From Nemertoderma westbladi (Eukaryota; Animalia; Xenacoelomorpha): 64,000 nucleotides of DNA. The stretch covers positions 35,991 to 99,990 of the forward strand of contig JAUCBJ010000530.1 of the NCBI GenBank assembly GCA_032718475.1, read 5' to 3'. The notes beneath the pieces were generated by a model. It worked only from the letters and a program-made list of their open reading frames with translations. It had not been told where the DNA came from and searched no databases. The position numbers were made by a program, and so were the translations under genes. Shown here one piece after another: positions 40,901-55,900 of the stretch; the stretch's first letter is position 1; each line of letters begins with the position of its first letter.

Positions 40901-43900
40901 CCACCCTGCAACCTGCCACTCAGACTCAGTGATCCGCCACCCGGTGACCCGCCATCCAGCGATCCGCCACCCAGAGACCCGTCGTCCGGCGTCCCGCAAT
41001 CCGGCGACCAGAAACCCAGAGATCCGTCGTGAGACGACCCGCAATCCGGCAAACCGCCACCCGGAGACCCGCCACCCTGCGACCCGTCACCCAGCGACAC
41101 GCCACCTTTCGACCCGCTACCCTGCGACCCGCCACCCGGCCACCCGCCACCTGGCGACCCACCACCCATCGACCCACAACCCGGCGACACGCCACCCATC
41201 GACCCGCCACCCGGCGACCCGCCACCCGGCGACACGCCACCCTATGACCCGCCACTCAGACTCAGTGATCCGCCACCCGGCGACCCACCAACGAGGCACC
41301 CGCCACACAGAGACCCGCCACCCTGCGACCCGCGACCGAGAGACCCACTATCCGCCAATACGCCACCCAGAGACCCGCTACCCATCAACACGCAACCCTG
41401 CTACCCACCACCCAGAGACCCGGCACCTGTAAGTACCACCTGCTGGCAAAAGCAGTGTTGGTACGCTGAGGACGCCTCGTCAGCAGGGTCCATCGCCAGA
41501 GTGTGGGAATGGTGGGAGGAGCTGCGCCACAGTGGACCCCGAATTGGCTACAAACCGGAGCCCGCAAAGAGCTACCTTGTTGTAAAACCGGAGTACGCGA
41601 CGAGGGCGACGGAGGTGTTCGGGGATTCTGGAGTCCGGATCGTATCCGGCCACCGTTTCCTCGGTGGTTACGTGGGGGACTCCCAGGGACTGCGGGAGTT
41701 CATAGCGGAGAAAGTGGCAGGGTGGGTTGTGAGTATCGCCCAGCTCTCCGAGGTGGCTGTGGAGTACCCGCAGACCGCCCACACCGGTATGTCCCGCTGC
41801 ATCCAGGCGGAGTGGGACTACCTACTCCGGGTGGTGGAGACAAGGGACGAGGATCTGGCGCCAATCCGCCAGGAGCTGTTGTGGCGCTTCATCCCGGCCC
41901 TCTTTGGGACTTCCCCCAGATCTGTGGATGAGGAGCTCGTCCTCCTTCCTGTCCGCCATGGTGGGATCGGGATCCGGGACCCCCTGATGCGGAGGGGTCA
42001 CGTGAGGGAGGCGTCGGAATCTGGTACTGCTGGGGTGGTCGAGGCACTGACGACTGGTTGTCCCCTTAACGTTGCTGACCACTCCGCCTGCCTCGCCTCC
42101 GCGTTGGCTGCGAGTCGCGTCGCCCAGGGCGCTGCCTATAAGGCAGCGATGGAGTCCGCCATCCAATCCGTCCCGGCCGAAAGGCGCCGTACTGTGGACC
42201 GTACAGTGTCCCACAAGACGGGTGGGTGGCTGTCGGCGCAGCCCTCCGTGGTCGATAACACCGACCTGGCCCCGGAGGTGTTCCGAGACAACCTCGTGCT
42301 GAGGTACGGCCTCACGCCGCCCGGCCTCCCGGCGAAGTGTGAGGGGTGTGGGGAGCCGTTTACGACAACCCACGCCCTGAACTGCAAGTCGGGTGGCCTG
42401 ATTATAAAGCGGCACGATGAGGTCCGGGAGGTCTTCGGGGACCTTATCGCCTCTGCCTTTGGTGGGTCGTGTGTGCAGCGTGAAGTCACGCTGTGCACCG
42501 GCTACCTGAACAGAAGGGGCCGCGAGGTGGGAGGAGTTAGGGCTGATCTCCTGGCGAGGGGAGTCTGGACCGAGCAGAGGGTGTCGTCTTTCGATATTGC
42601 GATCGTAAACGCCGACGCCCCCTCATATGCTCACCGGTCCTTGGACTCTGTCCTTGAGCAGGGAGTCCGAGCCAAGAAGGTGCACTATAGCGCGGTGTGC
42701 GAGGATAGAAGGTTCTCCTTCACCACCCTTGTCGGAACCACCGATGGGGTGTGGTGCAAGGAGACCGATACCTTCATCAGCCACCTCGCTGAGACCCTTG
42801 TGGCTTGGCGGCAGGGGATGCGGGATCGTGGCCTAGCCTGCGTTCTCGGGGGAGTTCGGAGGCAGCTGCAGTTCGCGCTCCTCCGCTCAAACTCCCTTTG
42901 TCTGCGTGGTGGCCGGCGACCATGGAGGGCGCTGGGCTTTGGGGATGGTGCGGGTCTGCGGTGGAATGACCTCGCAGACCATTATTAATTCATGGTGCAC
43001 CATTTTTAATTGTATGTTAAATTTTATTGTCTTAATTGTTTTGTTCTGATTGGTGGTGGGATGCTGGTGCAGTTTTATATTTAATTTTGGTTTTATGGAT
43101 TTGGATATTGTATTGTATTGTTGGACATTTATATTATATATAATAAATAAATAATAATAATAATATAATATTATTATAAATATAATATAATAACATATAT
43201 AAATATTATATATTAAATATATATATATATTAAGAATTCAAAAGGTGACAACTTATATGATCAATCACCAAAAATGTAACTTTTTATTATTAGCTTTCAA
43301 TAGCTCTCTCTATCTTTTTCAATTAAACGATATTCTAGAATTATTGCACTACAATTCTAGAATATCGTTTATTTGAAAAAGATAGAGAGAGCTATTGAAA
43401 GCTAATAATAAAAAGTTACATTTTTGGTGATTGATCATATAAGCTATCGTAAGCTAAAATAAAAAGGTAAATTGTCACTACCTTTTTTTTATTTCATCGC
43501 TTCCGACCTTTTAAACTCTCTTTTATTTTCTCATACCCGGAATTTACATTCTTTTTGTTAGACCTTCACTGATTCCCTAGTTCCAGTACAGTAGGTTGTC
43601 GACCGTTTAATTGTGCTAACTGCTAATATTTATTAATTAATGTTGTTCTTTAATGTTGTTCATTTTATAATAAATTAAATCATAAAATTGTTTTTAAATT
43701 TTTTTTTTGTTGCCTACGTAGCGGACTAAAACTGCCATTTATAGTAATCAGACCATTTTTAAATACTTTACAATGGATTTAGCGCCCCAGAAACCCTCTA
43801 TTTAAAAAATGTGTAGCTGAAAATTGTAACTTTCAAATTTTTGAATATTGTTCACTAATTGAAATGTTGTTGCTGCAAAATAACCACCCCAGAAAATTTT

Positions 43901-46900
43901 GCGAAAGTTTTTTCGTTCTGATTCAGACTAGAGAAGTCTACCTACAAAGAAAAGCAGACGTTTTTGTTAAAATTTGTAGATTTTAGAGGGGGGAAGGCCC
44001 GGAAGGGGGGGGGGGGGCTGGTCAATATGACCCCATGGTATAAATAATTTAGTGTTTTCCACGTTTATTAGAATTTTAACTAAATTCGGGTTTTTAGGTT
44101 TGATTAATTTATTTCGGAATAATTTATAATGATTATGATTTTCAGAATTTTAGTTATATTGTACAAAACAAGTTTTTATTTTTTATTCCTTAAATTAGCG
44201 ACCTTGAGAGCCAAGGTTTCTTTGGGACATCACATTTTTGTACAACCACGGAGGGAAGCTTTTCCTTGCATATATTTGTGAAGTCTAAATAAAAACGTTC
44301 CCAGTAACATACCGTAATAGACATTCGCTTCCATTAAATTCAGTGACAGGGGTAACAATTCGTGAAACATATTACAAATACACAGTAGACCTCATGTTAG
44401 CATATGGTCCTGATGGGGAGAGAGATATAGAATGAGTAAATTGAGACTTACTAAACTTAGCAATCTAAACTACTTATCTGTAATTGGTACCCCTTCTTTG
44501 AATAGTTTTATATAATAATATAGTATTTAACAGTATAGTTTTCGTCTATGTCTATTTTTCGACCCAAAGGGCTAAATGGACCAGAGTAGGAGATCATGCC
44601 AGGGACCTTATAATATGTTTAGGTTTCCGCTGTGAAATCAGCGAAATCATTATCATATTATCATATCAATTCATGATATTACTTAGTTAATAACTCTCAA
44701 ACAATTCCTACAGTTACTTAGTTCCTAAATTAAATCAATAACGAATTTATATTTAAATGTAATTAATTTGAATAATTTTATATTGTGTTTATTTTTCTTC
44801 TAGTTTACCCCTAACAACTTACCTGTCATTACCAAAACATGTCTATAATTTCCATAATGAAAGAAAGTCACAGAAGTTGCTCCAATTGGCATTGATTCTC
44901 CCAGAAGTAATTCATTGCCACTCGATGATAGTAAAGCAATTCCATTGTGATTGTTGATTGGTTGGTATTTATAATATGATATTGCCTAAAATGGTATGTA
45001 GGAAGAAATTATTGATCATAAAATAACAGTAGCCTGTATGTGTACTAGTATGTTGGATATCCAATAGAAATTCTTTATATGACATTTTCTTTACTTTACA
45101 AACCACGGCTGATAATACTTGGAATACATAGTTAAAGGAGATTAATCATTCTGTGGCATATGTTGAAATAATATATATGTTGAAATATATGCTGAAGAAC
45201 AAATTCACAGTAGTCTCTAGTATTTTGCATTCTACTAGTACTTTTCTAATTCACTCTAGTATTTTTATATAAACAAACAAAGCCCTTTACCCTGATAACC
45301 CCGAGACATTAGATTTGCAGACTGTACATAGCATAGCGAATTTGGTAAATTATTATGTATGAATGAGGCATAAGGGAGAATATGCTATCTGTATTTCATG
45401 TAATGTATAATTTTATTCTTAAGTTGCCCTACGAATTTACTTATCGAAATTACTGAAGCACTGCGCTCGCAATCTCGTTGTTTAGATGATGTTTTGCCAC
45501 AATGACTTCTACTTCTACTAGGTCGAGGGAGCTTGGATGGGTGAAAATGAGGTTCTTACAAGAAAAAGAAGGGCTATGTCTTCTGCAAATTTGGTGTTTA
45601 TGTTAATATCTGCTGGACTGCTGGTTCTACATTGTTGACTGTGTTCCAGTTGTCTTGCTGTCTTCATAGCAAATCTGTGTTCATGAACACAATGTTAAAT
45701 AGTAATGGAGCCAATGTGTATCGTTGCAGTACACCAACCAGGATGGAGGTAGAACGAAGTTTCACCATCTGGCGACATTACATGAGCTTAAGTGTCCCAA
45801 TATAACCATATAAACACTTAACTTAACAAAGTAAACTCTAACGCAATCTCTTAACTCTACATTGTCAGAACTGCCATTCATTCCGAATTAATGGATTCTC
45901 ATTGTGTTGGTAGTTCTATAAAGTTCAAATTATGCAACAGATTAAATATGATTTATCTTATCTTATTTCTATAAATTAATCCCACTAACAGTTACTATAT
46001 ATAATTCATCATATATATAGTCATAAAATCCATCTATAATATTAGATATTTCAGAATTCGTTAACGTAAATTCATCTTCTGCTACTTTAGGATATCCATC
46101 TTGCACATCTCCGGAATCTTTGTCCACTTTCCAAACATTTCCTCCTAAAAAAAAACATTAATAATATAAAAATAACATCATAATTGGTCACCAAACATGG
46201 AATACTTGTCATAACTCTATGAAAACTCTATTAGCTAGTTATGTCTACCAGCTGATAACCTTAACAGCTGTTATAGTAAGCACTATTTATGTATGTACTT
46301 TCTATGTTATCTTGTCTTTAGTTGATTGTGTAAAAGGTTAATTGATTGTAGTTTATACCGATATTACATGGTAGCAGAGCAATATTAGTAATATGAACGT
46401 AGCTTAATTTAATATGAATGTAGTTTAATTCTTTGCGTTTTTGATGTTGTTGTTTTTTTTTTCGTGGATCGAGTTTTTTAAATTCAAATTGATATAGTGA
46501 CTTTGTTGTTGTTGTGAGATGGATAATAATGACAATCGAACTCCTGCGAAAGTTGGTAATTCGATACCCCCAGCATTTCCAGGAAAGAACAAATATGTGG
46601 AATGGTGCCGGCTGCTTAAAAAGTGGGGACGAATCACTAAAATTCGGAAATGCGATCAAGCATCCACTGTCATACTTAGTCTTCCTGAGGGTGATGCACG
46701 TACACTCGCATTAGCTGTTGATGATGCGGAATTGGATATTAACGACGGATTACAACGCTTGATAACAGAATGGGATAGAGCGTTCATGAAGGATGAAAAA
46801 ACGCGTGGTTATGTACAATGGCAAGAATTGAAGAACTTTAAGAAAAAAGAGATAATTTCATACCAGGAGTACTGTGCCCAATTTAGTCGTGTGCGTGCAG

Positions 46901-49900
46901 AAGCAAAAACATTTAAAGTTGAAGTCAGTGAAACAACGTTTGCTTTTATGATGCTGGATGGGGCAAGTCTCAACAAAGAACAGCGAATGCTTATTCTTTC
47001 AGTTGCACTAGCAAGTGCTGGTGCAAATGGTCAGTTGAGTTACACTCATATAGAAGCTGCATTGCGTCGGTTAAATGCAGGTAACGATGCAGCAAATGAC
47101 ATTACAACACCATCGAATGATGAAAATGCTTTGGAAGCGAGTTCAACTGATTTCACTAGTACAAATGAAGTTCCAGATGAACTACCTGTGAATTTAAATG
47201 ATTTGTCTGTGGCTGAAAAAGACGAAATTTTAGAAGTTGCATTTGCTACATGGAATAAGAATAAGAGAGAAACGAATTATTCCAATTTTTCCAAAATTCA
47301 CAGAGGTAATTATACTGGATGGAGGAGAAATTCAAATACATTTTCACCTCATTTCACTCATAATACAGGTTCACCCAGGTTTAATCCAAAATATATTCAG
47401 TCAGGCGAGGTGCTCAAGTGTCATCGTTGTCAGAGTCGATTCCATTTAGTTCGTGACTGCCCTTCACAAGGACAGTCAAAGACTTACCAAGGTACTAATT
47501 ATACATCACATGACGAACAGACGGTGGGTCAAATTTTCTCTAGTGAAGCTGAAGATATTTTTGAGATAGGTGTGGATGTTGCTGATTCGTACTCAGAATA
47601 TGGAATTTTGGATTCCGCTGCTACAAAAACGGTCTGTGGTGAACAGTGGTTCAATCAATTTAGAGATATTTTATACGAAAAGGCTGGTTTAAAACCTCAA
47701 ATAAATGTGGCAAGTACATTTTATAATTTCGGTAATGTTGGAAAACGTAAAGCAATGTTTAATGCAATCGTTTCTGTTTTCATAAATGGTGTTCAATATC
47801 AAATGGTTGTTGATATTGTTCGGGGGAATACGCCACTTTTGATCAGTCGAAGTAGTTTGGAAAGACTTGGCATTACCATAAACTTCAAGTCAAACTCTGC
47901 AACTATGGAGGGTAAGTCGCTGAAGCTTAAAAGCTGCCCGCGTGGTCATCTTTTGGTACACCTCATGGATGTGAAAGCGAGAGATATGGGTGATCAGAAT
48001 AATAATAATAATATAGTCGACATTGAAACTGTATTTCTGACTTTAACTGATTTCAGAAGTAATCCCTCTAAGGTCGCAGATAAACTTCATCGTGCTTATG
48101 GGCATCCATCTTCCAACAAACTGATACAAACTATAAAACCAGTGATGCAGAAGGAATCAATGTCAATTGATGAGCAAGAACTATTAAAAGCTGCAATTGA
48201 GAAACTATCTAAATCATGTGACGTGTGTGATAAAAATTCTAAACCTGTTTCTGCTCCACGTGTCGCCATGACACCGTCAACACGATTTAATGAAAGTGTG
48301 GCACTCGATTTGACAGAGTGGAAGCGAAATAGCAAGACTTATATTATAATGCATATGATTGATCAGGCCACACGATATTCTGGTGCTTCATTTGTTACCT
48401 CTAAAGATGATGATGTCATAATTTCAGCTATTTCACATTGTTGGATTAAAATATTTGGACCACCAAAAAATATTTATTCAGATAATGGTGGTGAGTTTAC
48501 CAGCAAGCGACTTTATGCATTCTATGAACAGTTTGGAATTAATGTGAGTGGGACTGCGGCATATTCTCCTTTCAGTAATGGTCGCTGTGAAAGGCACAAT
48601 GCATTATTAAAGGTTACCATGTCCAAGATTGCTGACGATGAACGCAATATTTCACTATCATCATCAGTCATTTTAGATTTTGCGTTATTTGCAAAGAACT
48701 CACTTATGGATTCAGGAGGTTTCTCTCCTTCACAGAGAGTATTTGGCTGCAATCCACAAATACCAAATATCATAGATGCCGAATTACCAGCGCTAACTGA
48801 GTCGAATGATAAGCAAATACGTGATTTACTGAACTGTTTACATGAAACCAGACAGTCGTATATTGCTGGAGATTCTTCAGAAAGAATTAAAACAGCACTT
48901 CGTCGAAGAGTTCCATCACCTCCTCCTGTTGTCAAGAATGGTGATAGTGTGTATTATTGGCGTGATGTTGCTGGTATTGAGACTGGATGGAAAGGACCAG
49001 GAAATGTTTTGGGTAGAGAAGGATCAGTCGTTCTTGTGCAACATGGTTCCCGTGTTATTCGTGTTCATCCAATTCACATTAGATTAAACAAGACGAAACA
49101 GCAGAATAATGCTAAAGAATACGAATCAGATGATGAGGATGATTTGGAATTTCTTAAAGATGTAATCAGTGTACCAAGTGGACAAGTTTCCAATGAAATT
49201 AAAATCCCTATATCCTCCAATATTGGTTTATTGCCATTAACAGATGATGTTGATTCGAATAATACAACCATAAATGGCAATGGAAACTTGGAGTTAATGT
49301 ATAAAAATACAGACAAATCATCTTCAATGGTTTCTGAACCAGATATAGTTGCTGATGTGCCTTTGTACAATAGAGCTACAATTCGCGCACTGAAACAACT
49401 TGATCAACCTTTAGAACAAACTACATTACCACCAAGGACTAAAAGGCCCCCTGAACGCTATCAGTGCAACAATATTGAAGAAATGATAGTTGCTGAAAAT
49501 GCTAACGGAGTTGATGGTACTCCAAATGTTAAATGTCAAAATGAGGAAGAGTTTTATCACTCTAAACAAAAGGAGCTGCTCTCATGGAAAGAATATGATG
49601 TTGTTGAAATTGTTTCAATGGAAGAAGTTATAAATAAATCAATTCAAACTAGATGGGTTAATTCTTGGAAATCATTACCAAATGGCCAAGTTGTGGCAAA
49701 ATCTCGGCTAGTTGCTAAGGGGTTTCAAGATGGTGAGAAAGAAAATATCATATCTGAATCGCCCACTATTGACAGAGAAATTCTACAGTTGGTTCTGAGT
49801 TTACTTCCAACTATGGGTTATAAACCAACAACAATGGATGTAAAAACAGCCTTCCTTCAAGGTGAACAAATAAAACGAGATGTATTTCTACACCCACCCC

Positions 49901-52900
49901 CAGAAGTCAGTTTACCAGCTAACACCTGTTGGAAGCTAAAGAAGACAGTATATGGATTAGTCGATGCATCTCGTAATTGGTATAATCATGTCGACCATGT
50001 AGTAAGAGAGGCAGGTATGTTTCGTAGCAAGGTGGATCCAGCATTGTATTTTATGCACAGAGGTGAAAAACTCGAGGGTCTATTGCTTGTTCACGTTGAT
50101 GATTTCTTGTACGCTGGATCAGATTGGTTCAAGATAAATATTATGTCAAAGATTCAAAGCAAATTTACCATTGGAAAAATTACTGAGAATTGTTTTTCGT
50201 TTCTGGGTCTATGTATACAAACTGTTATAGATCAAGGTGATCGTTTTCTAATTGCTATTTCCCAACAGGACAAATTTACAAAGTTGTGTGATATTCAATG
50301 TTCGGCTAACAGGAATAAATCTGAGTTGCTAACAATAGAAGAAATATCATTGGTAAGATATCTTCTAGGTAGTCTACAATGGGCTGCGTCATTAACTCGC
50401 CCAGATCTTTCATTCAGTGTTTCAGCTCTACAATCAGAATTGAAGGATCCTACGGTGGAGATAATTACCAAGGTCAATAAATTGTTGCGAAAAGCCAAGG
50501 CTTTTTCACCAAATTTTATTTACCACCGTCCAATGGATACAATTAAGCCAATTGTCTACACTGATAGCAGCCATGGTAATCTGCAAGATGGAGGTTCTCA
50601 AAGTGGCGCTGTCATAGTATTAGAAGATGAAAAAGGAAAATTAATCAATGTTGTGAACTGGCGATCTCATCGAATACGTCGTATTGCTAGATCAACATTT
50701 GCCGCCGAAACATTGGCATCAGCAGCTACTATGGATCTTGCACTGTATATGGATTACATTCTCAATGAATTTATGATAAAACGAAATAACTGGTCAATAC
50801 GGTCTGACTGCAAGAGTCTCGTTGATGCTGTGCATAGTTTAACGAATGCTCCATTGGAAAAACGACTCAAAATCGATCTCGCTTCACTTCGGGAGGCTAT
50901 GAAATTATATTGCATGGTTTTCGAGTATGTGCCGACAAAGATGCAATTGGCTGATGTACTAACCAAGGAGACATCTGGTTATCAACTATTGAAACTCTTA
51001 GAATGAATTATTGTGTTTATTCTTATTAATATTTAAAAACTTTAATACACTTGTCTAGTTAAAAATAAAAATCATATGAATGTCATAACTCTATGAAAAC
51101 TCTATTAGCTAGTTATGTCTACCAGCTGATAACCTTAACAGCTGTTATAGTAAGCACTATTTATGTATGTACTTTCTATGTTATCTTGTCTTTAGTTGAT
51201 TGTGTAAAAGGTTAATTGATTGTAGTTTATACCGATATTACAATACTTGATATCACATATTATACGCCCAAATCCATTGTTTATCATTTTTATTCATTCA
51301 TTTCAAACTTTTTGTTGTGTTTTATGAAATGTTTTTGAAAATATTTTGTTAGGTTGGGTATGTGAAATTTTTGAAGAAAAATTTTCACCAATTTTTTTTT
51401 CAAAAATTCAACATATATATAACTATTACTAAATATTTAATATTAAAGAAGACAAATTAGAAGTTTATCGTGCCTTGATTTCTCTATATTGTGAATATTT
51501 ACAATATAATATGTCAATAAACATAACTAACTATATATCTAGGTATTTCATAAATCAGCATATAGAATATCACAATAAGAAATAAGCACCCTAAGGACTA
51601 AAGGTGACTCACGCTGCTTTCTGACTACGGATATAACAATTTTACGTAAGGAATATCTCTTTACTTGTTCGCTCACTTCAGTTGATAATTCGGAGTACGA
51701 GCTCAAATAATGCCATATAGAGTAAAACCTTTTATTAAATATGTTAATTGTATTAACAATGCCATAATTTGTACCCCATGATGTGACTGACAATACAAGG
51801 CAAAGCTGATAATGATGGTCATCAGATGATAATATAGTCAGAGAGTTGGCAGCATGATATATGATTACTACAGAAGTCAGTACCAGTGTCATCTGTAATT
51901 TTAGCCAGTCGCCTTTGCTGTGCGCAATAGCCCAACAGTTCGCAATCAGCCATTTTAATTTCCAATTTATCTACATTATCATAACCAGTGTGTTTTAATC
52001 AGAAATCAGGAATCTCAGTAGCGATCAGTTCTATGATAGCAGAGGGCACTGTCAAAGACCTATCATCTGTTCTTGCACAGGGCTTCTAAGTTTTGGTAAC
52101 AAGACATTACTCCGAAATTATCCAATGCAATTTTTGTTAACCGTTTATCTTATATCATGGACCATTCATAGCATCCTGGTGAATGTGTGAGAACCGGTGC
52201 TGAGAGATGCACGTGGTCTGTGTAAGTGGTAAAGTGAGAGTTAAATAATTGTTTGAGCATGTGGACGATTTCTGTTACCTGGAATCATGGATCTCGAAGT
52301 CAGGTGAGGACCTTCGAATACGTAATCTAATTCTACGAATTCACAAGAATGCTACGCCGGTTTCACTGTGTCAAGTACAATGCACACATCTCCAATCAGA
52401 CGCTATATAATATTGGGGGTATCTCATTGGTTCCCCCAAGGTTGAGTCTAGAACAAAGCCGCATCCGATTTGCTGGACATTGCCTTCGCCGTGGGGACCA
52501 GCCAGTGCATAATCTTGTGATCTAGAAACCCCATGGAGAAAATAATCATGGTGGACACCCCATGACTTTCGTGAGACACCTAAAGGACACTGGCCTTGAA
52601 GATGTGGATAATCTCGTGAAAGTCATGTGGGATAGGGAGTTGTGGAAGTGCAATTTTGTTGATAAGCTGGTATAGCATTCTTAATGCATGCTGCATTGGG
52701 GCATGCCAATTGTGGACTGCATGTTGGTGGCAAAAAAATATAAAAAAAAAATATTTTTTCAATGTGCAGCTTCAATGCAGCAGGCCGATTATAGTAGTAG
52801 TAGTAGTAATAGTAGTATAGAAGGAAAACAACTTGAGAATTCGAAGAGAACTGCCGGAACCATAGATATTAATAAGAATTAAGAAGGTTCAGAAATTGCA

Positions 52901-55900
52901 GAAGTGTAAGCTGCTTATTAGCCGTTGAGAGCTTAGGTCACTGACAATATACGTAGCTGCATATTATGGCAAATCTACTAGCGATTATTTACATTTCTAC
53001 CATAAAGGGATCTTCTGCAGTAATGATACAGTCTGATATATAGCGGAACAGGTGCGGAACTAATACCTGGAATACATGCCTTTCAGAGAAGGTTTTCCGT
53101 CCAGGTGACTTTCATACATACCCTTAATAAGTGATTTATTTAATCCACACAATGTGTTCCAGTTCATATTTGGTGGTCTTCAAAAGATTTCTGAATCAAG
53201 ATCTAATTATATTAGGCAGCAGAAAAGTTTTCCATATGACCAAGAAGGCCATCCACAACACCTGAACACACTCATTGTCATGACATGCTAACTAGAAACC
53301 ATGTTTACAGTCAGAATTGTAGACTTTGTAGCATTTACAAATTGACCGGCATTGGATGCTGCTTGTTCTACATAGTCTACTAAGTAGTCACCCAATATTT
53401 CAGAAATAAAACGCAGATCATCAGTAAAGTAGAGCTCCCTCAATTGTATTCAGTAAAACATATACCATTATTTAATTGTTACCTTTTTATTAATTTAATT
53501 ACACTTCAAAATAGCACAATATATACTTTATATTTATGGCATTAAAAGAAAAAATAATCTGACCCGTGATGGTAGCATGATGAGCGGGAGGGGGAGACAG
53601 GAGGAACCGATGGGATCGCGGCTTCTGAGTGATTATTACCTACCTGAAATGAAATATATCGATTGTTGTAATGGTGGCTGTGGGACCATAAATGCGGCTT
53701 GGATAGGAAGATTTAACACCGCGCAACTGTCTCCTCCAGGAAGTAGCACCTGAGTTACCGCACCTGAGAAGTTGACATAAACAATATTAAACAGTTTACC
53801 ACAGGGCGATTATGGTTCTAAGCGCACTTTACACTGAGGTGATTGTGCAGTCTTTAAAACTAATTTATTATTAAACATCATTAAACATATTAAACAATTA
53901 AATTTATTATATATTTTTTATATTTATTTTTTAATTATCATGTTCTCCAGTTGATCCTGTACTGACTTTTTAAATAGAAATAGGCCGTTTAGAGAAAACA
54001 TGGAGGTCATTCGTTGTTCCAGAAACCTTTGCTAAATCTTGATATTGCTGTTGAATTGAGGAAATTCCTGGCTGATTGGGGCCATTCGTGGCTGATTGGG
54101 GACATTAGTGGCTGATTGGGGAGATTCTTGGCTGATTGGGGACATTCCTGGCTGATTGGGGCCATTCGTGGCTGAATGGGGCCATTCGTGGCTGATTGGG
54201 GCCATTCGTGGCTGATTGGGGCCATTCGTGGGTGATTGGGGCCATTCATGGCTGATTGGGGCCATTCGTGGCAGATTGGAGAAATTCCTGGCTGATTGGC
54301 GAAATTCCTGGCTGATTGGGGACATTCCTGGGTGATTGGGGACATTTGAGGCTGATTGATAGATATTCCTGGCTGATTGATGGATATTCCTGGCTGATTG
54401 GGGACATTCGTGGCTGATTGGGGAAATTCCTGGCTGATTGTGGACATTCGTGGCTGATTGGGGACATTCCTGGCTGATTGTGGACATTCGTGGCTGATTG
54501 GGGACATTTCTGGCTAATTGGGGAAATTCCTGGCTGATTGGGGCCATTCATGGCTGATTGGGGACATTCCTGGCTGATTGGGGACATTCTTGGCTGATTG
54601 GGGCCATTTGTGGCTCGGCTGATTGGGGCCATTCGTAGCTGAGTGGGGACATTCCTGGCTGATTGGGGCCATTTGTGGCTCGGCTGATTGGGGCCATTCG
54701 TAGCTGAGTGGGGACATTCCTGGCTGATTGGGGCCATTCGTGGCTGAATGAGGCCATTCGTGGCTCGGCTGATTGGGGCCATTCGTGGCTGATTGGGGCC
54801 ATTCGTGGCTGATTGGTGCCATTCCTGGGTGATTGGGGAAATTCCTGGCTGATTGGGGCCATTCGTGGCTGATTGGGGACATTCGTGGCTGATTGGGGAA
54901 ATTCCTGGCTGATTGGCGCCATTTGTGGCTGATTGGGGACATTCCTGGCTGATTGGGGACATTCCTGGCTGATTGGGGCCATTCGTGGCTGATTAGGGAC
55001 ATTCCTGGCTGATTAAGGACATTCCTGGCTAATTAGGGCCATTCGTGGCTGATTGGGGACTTCACTGGCTGATTGGGGACATTCATGGCTGATTGGGGAC
55101 ATTTCTGGCTGATTGGGGCCATTTGTGGCTGATTGGGTACATTCCGGGCTGATTAGGGACATTCCTGGCTAATTGGGGCCATTCGTGGCTGATTGGGGAC
55201 ATCACTGGCTGATTGGGGACATTCCTGGCTGATTGGGGCCATTCGTGGCTGATTGGGGACATTAGTGACTGATTGGGGCCATTCGTGGCTGATTGGTGCC
55301 ATTCGTGGTTGATTGGAGCCATTCGTGGTTGATTGGGGAAATTCCTGGCTGATTGGGGCCATTTGTGGCTGATTGGGTATATTCCTGGCTGATTAGGGAC
55401 ATTCCTGGCTAATAGGGGCAATTCGTGGCTGATTGGGGATATCACTGGTTGATTGGGTAGATTCCTGGCTGATTGGGGCCATTCGTTGCTGATTGGGGAC
55501 ATTAGTGACTGATTGGGGACATTCGTGGCTGGTTGGGTCCATTCGTGGCTGATTGGGGACATTCCTGGCTGATTAGGGACATTCCTGGCTAATTGGGGCC
55601 ATTCGTGGCTGATTAGGGACATCACAGGCTGATTGGGGAAATTCCTGGCTGATTGGGGCCATTCGTGGCTGATTGGGGACATTCGTGGCTGATTAGGGAC
55701 ATTCCTGGCTAATTGGGGCCATTCGTGGCTGATTAGGGACATCACTGGCTGATTGGGGACATTCCTGGCTGATTGGGGCCATTCGTGGCTGAATGAGGCC
55801 ATTCTGATTGGGGCCATTTGTGGCTCGGCTGATTGGGGCCATTTGTGGCTCGGCTGAATTGGGGCCATTCGTGGCTGATTGGGGCCATTCGTGGCAGATT

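Larger units (their letters stand above)
46207..51242 (+). mobile_element. Full-length Ty1/copia LTR retrotransposon, GalEa-type
   Basis: Identical 162-bp TG...CA LTRs, 5-bp TSD ATACT (46202-46206, 51243-51247), PBS TGGTAGCAGAGC, single intact ORF in copia domain order. Confidence 0.96.

Noticed and set aside
39313-43217. TSD for HERO family B (atattatatata or tatatattaaa)
   Set aside because: Both flanks are low-complexity AT sequence with several equally good matches, so none can be assigned.
38633-53763. Host gene as a matrix metalloproteinase
   Set aside because: The signal peptide splices directly to the hemopexin-like region; no PRCGxPD or HExxHxxGxxH exon was seen.
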